A stretch of 63,863 bases of DNA, filler included, from Thraustochytrium aureum (Eukaryota), in assembly GCA_012862495.1 (NCBI GenBank). It is 5 parts of 3 records of this genome, joined end to end, with 100 filler letters (N's around TTAATTAATTAA, not from the genome) between each part and the next. Parts side by side here need not be neighbours in the genome. Positions count along the whole stretch, not along the records: positions 23,174 to 47,095 come from BLSG01000089.1; 4 more parts are not named here. The stretch is one strand, 5' to 3'. Below the pieces are notes generated by a model. It searched no databases. It had not been told where the DNA came from and saw only the letters and a program-made list of their open reading frames with translations. How positions within the stretch are numbered: position 1 is the first letter of the stretch; every line of letters starts with the position of its first letter. Position numbers and translations under genes: made by a program. This document shows, piece by piece, positions 23,130 through 34,038 of this stretch.

Positions 23130-23726
23130 NNNNNNNNNNNNNNNNNNNNNNNNNNNNNNNNNNNNNNNNNNNNGCTGGCGAGGATTCTGGAATTTTTTGC
23201 GAGGATTTGGGGCGATTTTGGACGAGCGACCGGGTGGAAGCGGAGGCGGCACGGCGGCGAGGGAGGGGAGAACGCTGCGGGAGTGCGGTTGGAGCAGGAG
23301 GGAGGACGCGGCGGCTGGCTGTGCTGGCGGGACGGCTGTGCGGGCGGCTGCGGTGACGCCCGGCGAGGGTTCTGGAGGTTTTTGGTGTTGTCGCGGATTT
23401 GGACCGATTTTGGACGAGTGGTGCGCCGCGAAGACTGCTGCCGGTGCGCTGGCGGCGCTGTTGGCGGCGGAGAAGGACGCGGGGAAGGCGGTCGAGGCCT
23501 TTGGAGGTTGCGCTGGGAAGGTGCGCTGCTGGGAGCGCGCCTGGCTGGCTGGCCTGCTGGCCGGGCGCTTCGGCGCGGGTGGAAGCGGTCACAACCTGGC
23601 TGGTTGACGTGCGGGCCCGAGGAGGGACGCCTGGAGCGGCACGGTTTCGCAGCCCCGCGGGAGAAGCGGCAGACGCCGACGTGGGTGCTGGGGCGTTCTG
23701 GAGACGCCGTTGGGCTCTCGGGCACG

Positions 23727-25336
23727 ATGGCCAAGNGCCCCCCGTCGATTGAGGAGGTGAACGCGGACGCCGCTGGACGCAAGTTTGGCAAGTATGGGGA
23801 CGATAGCGACGTGATGCGCGGCCGGTGGAGTAGAGAAGAGGATGATAGGTAAGTCGCCATCGCGGCCGCCGGTCGCTGGAGCTGCGAGGCTGGGGCGAGC
23901 GCTGACTGCCACCCATACCATCGAAAGGTTGCAAGAAGTGGTTCGCGAGTGGCTCTCGAGCCGCGGCGTGAGCCTCGCAGAGTACAGGCTTTCACTGTCG
24001 AGTGAGAGCCGGACGGAAAGGCGGCCAGAAACGAAAAAGATAAAGGGGCTCTGGGTTCACACAGCTTCCTTCTTTCCCGTAAGTCTGACATTGACGCGCA
24101 CACAGAGGAAGAATAGAGCCCGCTGACGTTCCGCGAACGTGGTGCAGAAACGAACCGTTGAAAGCGTCAAGAACCGCGGCGAGCGCCTGTTCCACCCTGG
24201 ATCACAACGGGGCCCCTGGACAGACTCCGAGTGCACGGCGCTGCTCCGTTTGGTAGAGCAACACGGCAGGAGATGGTACGTTGCAGCCCTTCCCGCAAGA
24301 TTGTCCAAGGCTTGCTCGCTGACCCAGCCCGCCCCTGCACAGGGTCAAAATCGGATCGCTTCTCAACAGAGACCCCAACTCGGTCCGCGACAAGCACAGG
24401 CAAGAGATCGAAAAGCGAAACGGGTACGGCAAGTCGGCCGCGTCGCGCTGGTCCCGCGAGGAGGAGCAAAAGATGATCGGCCTCATCAAGGAGGCGTTCC
24501 CGCACGTTGACTGGTCGCAGCCAGATCAAATTCCGCTGTACAACATCCCTTGGAAGGAGATTGCCCAGAAAATGCGGCGCAACAAGACCGCGTGTATGGA
24601 GAAGTGGCACTCGAACCTTCACGGGCGCGAGGCCGGATACCGGTCCAAGAACTGGAGCACTGCCGATTACGCAGAGCTGATCAGTGCCGTCAAATCATCT
24701 GGCGCGACCGAGCTCGATCAGGTGCCGTGGGAGGACATGCAAGTGCGCTTTAGCGCCTTTCTTTGCAAGCGGCACTGGCGCAACCTGATTCGGCGCAAGA
24801 AACTCGAGGACGAGCCCTTCCTCAAGCAGCTTGCCGAGGTGTACGCCTCGTACTGTGTCCAGGACGGCGAGTATCCAGAGCACGTCAACGTGGCGGCCGA
24901 GGTATACAAAGAGCTTGTTCAACAGGCAGGCATTCGCGAGCGCGATGCGCAAGCCAGCAAAGCAGCTGGCAAGGGCAGCGCGCCTTCCAGGGCAGGTCGC
25001 GTCGTTCCCTCCTCCGGCTTGAGTGGCGGAAGCTCCGGGGCAGGCCGCGCCCCCTCCGGGCTGAGTGGCGGAAGCAACGACGCCCCGCCGCGCATCCAGC
25101 GCCGCGCTGACGCTGGCGGAAGCCGCGGCCACGAGGGTTTGCATGAGAGTGGCGAGAGTGAGCCGGTGGTAGCGCGTCGCCCAGTGATTCAACCAGCCCA
25201 GCCTGATCCGGAGACGCAGCTCAAGCACGCCCAGAACCTCATGGTAGAGGACTCCGAGGAGGACTCGGACAGCGAGGCCGAGCCCCGCCGCGACAAGTAC
25301 CGCGGCCTTGGCGGCAAGCAACACTCGCGCTCCTGA
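23727..25336 (+). CDS. Reb1/TTF-I/DMTF1-like multi-Myb/SANT DNA-binding protein; 4 exons
   Basis: Introns 23849-23927, 24079-24147 and 24276-24342 (GT-AG, each with GCTGAC). Spliced product: RGRWSREEDDRLQEVVREWL...LWVHTASFFPKRTVESVKNRGERLFHP..RGPWTDSECTALLRLVEQHGRRWVKIGSLLNRDPNSVRDKHR...RWSREEEQKMIGLI..IPWKEIAQKMRRNKTACMEKW...WSTADYAELI. Confidence 0.88.
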
Positions 25337-26106
25337 CACTTCGCGCGGCGCTGTAGCTACTACCAACCAACCGCCGCACCTTTTCTTTTTTCTTCTTCGT
25401 CCTGCGATGCCAGTCCCACGCGCTGGGTCGTCCTCGCGCAGCAAGAGTGTTGCGTAGAGGAGTAGAGTACTCGAGCAGAGCACTCTACCTACCAGCCCAC
25501 CGGCACATCTCGAGTCGAGAACGTCAGTACGAGCGAGTACTGTACCCGCAGAGGACCACGCAGGAGCTGTCGTGCTGGCTCCCATCTTCTCGCCTGTACA
25601 GTGCAGAACCTGCTCGGGGTCACCGAGGCCACCCAGCGCCAACCGCGCAGCAACTCGAGCAGGCCAATCCAATCCGAATGGCCCTGGAAAACTGCGAAAA
25701 ACTGCGAAATCCGCAATTGAGGGGTGTGCACGAGGGAGGCAGGCGAGAATCAATGAGGACGGCAGACAGACAGACTCACAGACAGACAGACAGACACTGG
25801 ACAGCGCGGCCTCGGGATGCACTGGCGAGGCAGCTGAGCAGTGCGGAGTTGGCACAGCAGAGCAGCCTGGGCGGCATAGTTCTAGGTGCTCCCGATCTGG
25901 CAACGCCCGGCGCAGCCCGAAGTGCCAGGCGCTCGTGCCGCCAGGACGAAGTTGACGAAGTTGACGAAGTTGGCGAGGCAAAGGCCTCCCGGGGCGCGTG
26001 CGTGGCACGCGAACAGGGCGTGAGCACGGTGCGTTGGTCCTCGGCGACCCGGACGAGGATCGCAGCGTTGTGACGGCGGCGAGGGCCGGTGGTCGAGTGC
26101 GCCAGG

Positions 26107-27935
26107 ATGGGCGGCGACGCCACTGTCGTGTTCGACGGGTGGGTGACAAGGAGGACGCTCGACTTTGTGGTGGACGTCAAGGCGTCCGGTAGGCCCCTCC
26201 AATCCGTGGCCCCGCGCGGCGAATACTTTTGCCTCGTGCGGAACGGCAACAAGACCAGCATGCGGCTCTTCGCGGCCGAGCCGAGCTCGCAGAGCGCTCT
26301 GACCGCAAGTGTCGCCGAGCTGGCCAAGGACCCATCCGTGCTCTTGAACGCGGTGATTGACGTCACCTTGATGATGCGACTGGGCCAAGATCGGGCCAAC
26401 GCCTTCCTCGTTCTGACCGCAGAGCGAACGCACGAGTTTAGCGAGCACCAAGAGGGGGGCGTCGCCGTGGTCAACGGCATGGTTCAGGCCCTGAGAGATG
26501 CCCAGCTGATCCTGTCCAACCGAGGCGCGCAGGAGGCCGCGCTGTCGAGCCTTCGCCGGTCGCTGTCGAGGCGGCTCTCTGCGCCGCGGCGAGGCGGGGC
26601 CGTGACCAAGGACGGAAGGCGCCGCAATGAAATCGTGTCCATGAAGTCGCCCCCAGGCTCGATCGCGAAAAGGGAGCTGCGCAGCCTCCAAGACGTGCTC
26701 TCGTCGCCGCAGTACCGCAAGGAGTTTCGCGAGTACCTCAAGTTTGCCTTCGCCGAGGAAAACCTTGAGTTTTTCGAAGCTGTAGAGCGGTTCGAGGCCC
26801 TCAGCAGCGACCTCCAGGAAGAACGCGCCATCCTCTTCGAGGCGATTTGCAAGCAGTTCGTCGAAGAGAGTTCGGAGGCGCAGGTCAACCTCCCATCCTC
26901 TGCAAACCGCGCGCTGATCGACGTCCTCGACAAGCTCCGCAGCGACAGCACGACGGTGCTCGACAAAGACCTCTTCGATGTCGCAAAAAAGGGATCGCGT
27001 TGCTCATGGACCGCAACTTTTACCACGGATTCGTCGTGCAGGTCCAGCAGCGCGAGATGCGCGAGAATATGGTGAAAGAGATGGCTGGCAGCTTCACGGA
27101 CGTCTGGAGGAAGAGCAGCCTGGAGGGCTACGTCAAGCTGGTCAACAGCTTTCTTCCCGAGGTCGAGCGGATCCAGGCCCTGCACGACTTTGTCGCAGCT
27201 TCAGTGAGCCAGCTGAACGACCAGATCGCCACGCTCCAGGGCATGTCTTCCAAGTTTCCCGTCCTCGTCGCGCCGGGCCGCGGCGCTGCACTCGTCAAGC
27301 CGCGTACGCTGGAGAAAATCATCGTCCAGCTCTTCTCCGGAATCAACCAGCGCGTTGTGGTGCTCATGGAGCTGTCGCGGGACCTGTCCAGGTTTTGCCT
27401 CCGGCCGATACGCGAGTTGCAAGCCCGTGTCGCGGCGTCCGTTGAGGACATCCGCGCTGCGCAAAAGCCAGCCCTTGACGAAATCAACAAGGCGCGCGTG
27501 ATGCTCAAGGACAGCATCCTGGAGGAGAACGCGGCGTTTCGTGAGAAGCAGGATGCCACCTTGAAGAAGAAAGGCAAAAAGCAGCAGGCGCAGCAGGCGC
27601 AGCTGGAGAAGAACCTGGCGCGCGCGACGGCCGAGCGCGAGGGCCTCGAGCTCAAGGTGATCGAGGCCGAGCACAAGCACGAAGACACGATTCTGAATGC
27701 TTGTGAGATGCTCGAAAGCCTCGCCCTGTACCGCCTCGAGACGCTCGGCGAGATCCTCACGCAGCTGGCGATGGCGCATCGAGCGGCGCATTCCAAGGCG
27801 GAGATTGGCGTGCAGTCGCTCCTGTTTGACTGCCTGGACATGGACCCCATTGGGGAGGTCATTGACATGGCCACGGCGGCCAAGGCCTCGGCAGGGGGTC
27901 GCGTGCAGTCCCTTGTCAAGAGCGGCGGGCGCTGA
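26107..27935 (+). CDS. PH-like + RGS + F-BAR/FCH-like coiled-coil protein; frameshift near 26990
   Basis: The RGS box is clear: LQDVLSSPQYRKEFREYLKFAFAEENLEFFEAVERF...ICKQFVEESSEAQVNLPS...LFDVAKK/IALLMDRNFYHGF. The flanking domains are weaker pattern matches. Confidence 0.85.
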
Positions 27936-29379
27936 CGGCCACGCAACAGCAACTGCGCACCTCTGTAGCTGTACAACTAGATCGCCCCGTTCGCTGTTGC
28001 TTTCCCAAAAACCAACCGAGTTCTCGAATTGCAGTCTGTATCGTGTGGTACAAAAAGTAGCGTAGGTAGGGTATAGCGTAAGAGTCGGGAACGCCTCAAC
28101 CAAGATACGCCTTGTCCGCAATGCTTCGGTGCGATCTCTGNNNNNNNNNNNNNNNNNNNNNNNNNNNNNNNNNNNNNNNNNNNNNNNNNNNNNNNNNNNN
28201 NNNNNNNNNNNNNNNNNNNNNNNNNNNNNNNNNNNNNNNNNNNNNNNNNNNNNNNNNNNNNNNNNNNNNNNNNNNNNNNNNNNNNNNNNNNNNNNNNNNN
28301 NNNNNNNNNNNNNNNNNNNNNNNNNNNNNNNNNNNNNNNNNNNNNNNNNNNNNNNNNNNNNNNNNNNNNNNNNNNNNNNNNNNNNNNNNNNNNNNNNNNN
28401 NNNNNNNNNNNNNNNNNNNNNNNNNNNNNNNNNNNNNNNNNNNNNNNNNNNNNNNNNNNNNNNNNNNNNNNNNNNNNNNNNNNNNNNNNNNNNNNNNNNN
28501 NNNNNNNNNNNNNNNNNNNNNNNNNNNNNNNNNNNNNNNNNNNNNNNNNNNNNNNNNNNNNNNNNNNNNNNNNNNNNNNNNNNNNNNNNNNNNNNNNNNN
28601 NNNNNNNNNNNNNNNNNNNNNNNNNNNNNNNNNNNNNNNNNNNNNNNNNNNNNNNNNNNNNNNNNNNNNNNNNNNNNNNNNNNNNNNNNNNNNNNNNNNN
28701 NNNNNNNNNNNNNNNNNNNNNNNNNNNNNNNNNNNNNNNNNNNNNNNNNNNNNNNNNNNNNNNNNNNNNNNNNNNNNNNNNNNNNNNNNNNNNNNNNNNN
28801 NNNNNNNNNNNNNNNNNNNNNNNNNNNNNNNNNNNNNNNNNNNNNNNNNNNNNNNNNNNNNNNNNNNNNNNNNNNNNNNNNNNNNNNNNNNNNNNNNNNN
28901 NNNNNNNNNNNNNNNNNNNNNNNNNNNNNNNNNNNNNNNNNNNNNNNNNNNNNNNNNNNNNNNNNNNNNNNNNNNNNNNNNNNNNNNNNNNNNNNNNNNN
29001 NNNNNNNNNNNNNNNNNNNNNNNNNNNNNNNNNNNNNNNNNNNNNNNNNNNNNNNNNNNNNNNNNNNNNACGTTCGGGGTCTGCAGGGTCCCGTCTGACG
29101 CCCGCCCGCCCGGCGCAGCGCTCGCACACGCGCATTAACTCGTTATTAACACGGGGGGTCTGGCGCGATCGCCATGTGCACCCCCAACGCGCGGCAACCG
29201 CCTGACCCGCTATTCAGTGAAGAGAGCCGAGGTGGAGCTTGCAGGGAGGGAATTGAGGGGAGAGGGTTAAAGGGGGCGGGCGGGAATTGGGGGCGGTTTG
29301 TTGAGGTTGCAGGGTGCTTGTGCTGTTGGGCTGTGTTTCCTTCTTGCGCGGGCGGCTGGCGGGGCTGGTGACTCGCGGC

Positions 29380-29712
29380 GGCTGCTGGTCGTCGTCGTTG
29401 CTGTGGTTTTGCTGACGTTGATGCTGTTGTCGTTGTTGATGCTGTTGTCGTCGTTGGTGTTGTGGTTGTTGTTGGTGTTGTTGTTGATGCTGTTGGTGCT
29501 GATGTTGTTATCGTCGTCGTCGTCGTCGTCGTTGATGTTGTTGTTGTTGTTGTTGATGATGTTGTCGTCCTCGTCGTCGTCGTTTTCGTCGTTGCTGTTG
29601 TTGTTGTTTTCGTCGTCGTCGTCGTCGTCGTCGTCGTTGCTGTTGTTGTCATCATCGTCGTCGTCGTTGTTGTTTTCGTCGTCGTTGTCGTCCTCCTCCT
29701 CGTCGTCGTTGT
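29380..29712. repeat. Compound trinucleotide low-complexity tract (GTT/GTC/GAT/GCT)
   Basis: About 330 bp of in-phase triplets; reads as poly-Asn/Asp or poly-Thr on the minus strand. Coding status unresolved. Confidence 0.9.
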
Positions 29713-30451
29713 GGACCTGAAGAGAGAGGGCATGCGTGCCTGCGTGCGTTGGTTGTAGACGCTCGTTGATGGCTAATTGTGCTGGGCTGAAGGCGCACGC
29801 CACCGCGCACCCGAACCTCCGCCAAGCGCTCCGGACTCGCGATGAACCGTCTGCCGAATCAGCTAGCGCCCCAACGGTGCGGCACGGCGTACTCGCGAAA
29901 TGCGCTCGCGAAATGCGCTCGCGAAGCGCGCTCGTTTCCGTCGCACGGACGGGGGCCAAGCGCAGCCCGGATCGAAGTCCAAACCATCGCGCCAGCCAGA
30001 GCTGCAGGAGCGAGCCACAATCCCACGTCCACGAGCCAGCACTGACACGCCGACGTAGAGCGCGGCGGTCGTCCCCGTTCAGCCACCAGCTCGGCGCAGT
30101 CGACCACCCCAGCACTTTGCTGACTCATGGTGTGGCACGCTGCGAGCGAGCGAGCGAGCGAGCGACCGGCCGCTCGAGCGACGGAGCTGCGCGGCCGGCG
30201 GGGCCGAAGCCGGCGGGAGCTGCCCGAGCCAGAGCGATAAATGGAGTGATTCATCGGCGACTTGGACCACCTTGAAGCCACCCACAAACGCACTGATGAG
30301 ATGCCCTAAGTGTCCTATCTCGTGCACGTCTCGCGCGCAGAGCTCAAAGCTGCGCCAGGCGCGCGGCGCTGCGGGCAGCCAGCTCAAGGCGCACGGCGCC
30401 AGCTGCCAGCTGCCAGCTGCCAGCTGCGGCCGCGTGGGCTGCAGGCGCAGG

Positions 30452-33400
30452 ATGGCGGACGGCGCGTTGGATGTTGTGGTGCGCGGGGACGACGACCAGC
30501 TGCATGTCGCGATNNNNNNNNNNNNNNNNNNNNNNNNNNNNNNNNNNNNNNNNNNNNNNNNNNNNNNNNNNNNNNNNNNNNNNNNNNNNNNNNNNNNNNN
30601 NNNNNNNNNNNNNNNNNNNNNNNNNNNNNNNNNNNNNNNNNNNNNNNNNNNNNNNNNNNNNNNNNNNNNNNNNNNNNNNNCTGCGCATCTTCGGGGTCGG
30701 CGGGCAGGGCTTTTTGCACCTTGCGTCGCTCTACTTTATCGACATTGCCAAGCTGTCGACGGGGGAGGTGCTCTGGCGCCTCGTCGCTGGCGGCTACTCT
30801 ACGGTCCTCTCCGTCATGTTTCTCGTTCCGCTCATGCTCGTTCTGAGCGCCTATCTGAGCCCCGTCGACGACGCTTTCGTCCAGGCGCAAAGGCGCTCGC
30901 GCCTCGCGGCAGCGGCGGCGGCCGGAAAAGCTCAAGGAACCCCCCACGACGCATCTCCGCCAGCTACAGTCGCCGAGCCTGCGGCGCGCGGCCGGAGCCA
31001 TCCGAGCAAGCAAGTGGCTCAGCCATCTCCCTGGGTGTGCAAGGTCTGCTACTGCAGCAACGATCCTGGCGCACCAACCTGCGCCCTGTGCGAGGCGTAC
31101 CCGTGGGACGACGAAAGCGATGGAAACCCTCTGGTGGGGCAGAGCGCAGAGCGCGCCTCGGACCCTGACTTGGCGCTCGCAGCTCAACTAGAGCCAAGCA
31201 CGTCCGCTCAAGCTGCCGCGCGGCCAAGGCCGGTCCTCCTGGAGCGCTTTGACATGAGGGCGTTTGATGTGCTCGCACAGCTTGGGACCGGCACAACCGG
31301 GGTTGTGACGCTCGCCAGGGTGGCGTCGCACAGACTTCGGAATTCCAAGCCCACCGCGCTTCACGCCCTGGACGAGGAGGGCAGCGACGATGCCGAGCTG
31401 AGCTCGGAGCACGGGCTGCCAGCAGAAGCAATCGCGCGTCCTATTCCCCCCACAAGAAAAGGACCAGAAGCGACCGCCCGCCCCATCCCCCCCACGCGGC
31501 TTGGGCTCACTATCGACACTGATGCCGATGAGGACGCGGACGACGATTTTGAGACAATGAATCATAGGGACTCTGAGAGCGAGGCCGAGCCTGACGGCCT
31601 CGGATCGTTGGGCCGCGTGCGCATTCAACCCGGAGGCGGAGGCAGTCTCCGCAAGTCGTCTTCGTTGAGTGCGAACCTCGCCACCGCGAGCGGGCGACTT
31701 GGCCCGGTCGGCGAGCTGGCCCAATTGGGGGGCGCCCGGCCGCCCAACCTCCGCTCCCCCCTGCGCTCCCTCCTTGTGCAGCAGCAACGCGAACGCGAGC
31801 GTCTTCAACGCGGGGGCTTAAAGGCGCAACACTCGCCGCGAACACCGTCCTCACCCCGCTTTGCCAAAACCGCTGCTGCCCACGAGCGCATCAAGCGTTC
31901 CACGCGCTCTGTGCCATCTCAGCTCGACGCGCTCGGCAAGCGGGGCGCTGGCGCTCAAGACGGACGGGGCGCGCACGCGACCCAACAGGATGAGCACGAC
32001 GAAGAGGAGGACAACCCCGCCGCTGATCCGGACTGGTGGTCCACAGTGAAGTGGGTGAACAAGAGCGACCTCGTCGAGCAGGCTGGAGTAGCCGGCGCAG
32101 GGCTGCACAAGTCCTTTAGCAACCTCAGCCTCGGCCTCACCAACGGGGGAGTGCCCTCCGAGGAGGCAATGCGAACCCCAGGAGGCTTGGGCCCGGATTT
32201 CGGGCCCGCAGCGATACCTCGCATCGGTAGCGGCGACAATGGCCCGTTCGGACGCGCTGCTATGGCGCGCACCAGCAGCTTTGCGACGGCCACCGACTCT
32301 GACAGCGACGCTCTTGCATCCATCGGACGAACGCCTCCGCAAGAAGAAATGTTTGCCAGGCTCCCGCGGCGACGAGGCTCGCGGGGCGATGGCCGCCATC
32401 CCGGTGAGGGTGGCGCTTCGGGCGCTCAGGACGACTCTCGCGGAGGTGCTGCGCCGGGGCTGCACAAGGCTGGCTCCGACCTCGACGCGAACGGAGCGCA
32501 GGAGCAGCAAGGCGGCGAGCCTTCGTACTACTTTTCAATGAGCGAGATGCCCGAGCTCGTCGCGATAAAGACCATGTACAAGCGCAAGATCACCGCGATG
32601 GGCATGAAGCGGTCGGTGGAGCGCGAGCGGCAAGTGCTGGGCATGATCCAATCGCCGTTCATATGCAGTATGTACGGCGCGTTCCAGGACGCGGCCTGGG
32701 CCTACCTGCTGCTCGAGCCTGTCCCAGCTGGCGACTTGGCCTCTCTTCTCGAGGCCCGAAACGTGATGTTTGAGGCGGAGGCCCGCTTCTACGTCGGGTG
32801 TGTGCTCCTCGCCTGCGAGCACTTGCACGACCATGGCGTCGTCTGCATGGACCTCAAGCCGGAAAACATGCTTCTCGACCAGTGGGGCTACCTCAAGGTC
32901 TGCGACTTTGGCATCGCCAAGGTGTTTGGCCCCGACGAGGCCACGGGGTGCGGTGGCGCAGATTCTGCGGCTTGCGGCAGGCCTGCGACCCGATGGGAGT
33001 TCACAGGCACACCCGAGTACATGGCCCCGGAGGTGGTCAATCAAGAGCCCATTGAGCAAGCGATGGCTGCGCGCATGGGCCCGGACCTGTGGGCTGTGGG
33101 AATNNNNNNNNNNNNNNNNNNNNNNNNNNNNNNNNNNNNNNNNNNNNNNNNNNNNNNNNNNNNNNNNNNNNNNNNNNNNNNNNNNNNNNNNNNNNNNNNN
33201 NNNNNNNNNNNNNNNNNNNNNNNNNNNNNNNNNNNNNNNNNNNNNNNNNNNNNNNNNNNNNNNNNNNNNNNNNNNNNNNNNNNNNNNNNNNNNNNNNNNN
33301 NNNNNNNNNNNNNNNNNNNNNNNNNNNNNNCAGCGGGCGCTGTCGGGCTACAAGAGCGTGTCGTCCTCCACCGCGCCGCTTGGCGCTCCAAGCGCTGGGG

Positions 33401-33822
33401 GAGACTCGTGCCGCGCCTTCATGCGGCACCCGTGGTTTTCACCTGCCGGAGACGGCGCGGACCGCGGCTTGGACTGGGGCGAGCTGCGCGCGAGGAATGT
33501 ATACCCGCCGTTCATCCCAGACCCGGCCTCTCTGGCGCCGCCTTTTCGAGGAGAGAATGTCTCGCTCGACATCACACACGAGGTGCCGCTTACATTTGCC
33601 GAGTTTCAGTCTGCGCGCGAGTACTCGGAGGCTGCTTCATCTTCACGGTCAGCATCGCCAAGCGCCGTTGACGTTCCTTGGGCGGGCTTTGTGAGCGTTG
33701 CGCGTCCTCGGATGCACCGGACCGACATGGATTGGGTCACAGCACACGCTGAGGCAATAATGCAGCAGAGCGACGGTCAAGCCTCGGGCGAGGATGGACC
33801 CGCTGTGGCTGGGCGCTTGTAG
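30452..33822 (+). CDS. AGC-family (PKA/PKG-like) Ser/Thr kinase with N-terminal hydrophobic segments and a RanBP2/NZF zinc finger; spans two gaps
   Basis: FDVLAQLGTGTTGVV, VAIK, ERERQVLGMIQSPFICSMYGAFQD, EAEARFYVGCVLLACEHLH, CMDLKPENMLLD, DFGIAK, GTPEYMAPEV, DLWAVG, HPWF...DWGELRARNVYPPFIP. Finger WVCKVCYCSNDPGAPTCALC. The start at 30452 is tentative because it lies before a gap. Confidence 0.9.
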
Positions 33823-34038
33823 AAGAGGTGGATGTACTGCGCTTGCGGAGTACGTTCTGGTTCACTTGAGTTTGTATCATAAACAGGGCGCCGGGCGCCG
33901 TTGACTGCGGCTATTGATCGATAGTGTCAGAGTAACTATAAAACTATGTAGGACCTTTCCGTCGCCCCGTCCGTCCAACTGAACGCTTTAGCTCGAGAGG
34001 GCTTGAGGTTCCGTAACGGAGGGCGGCAAAGGGGCCTC

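Noticed and set aside
27201..29205. ORF-track entries that run through N blocks (also 35999..37372, 40309..41553, 42712..43695)
   Set aside because: Their length is an artefact of undetermined bases.
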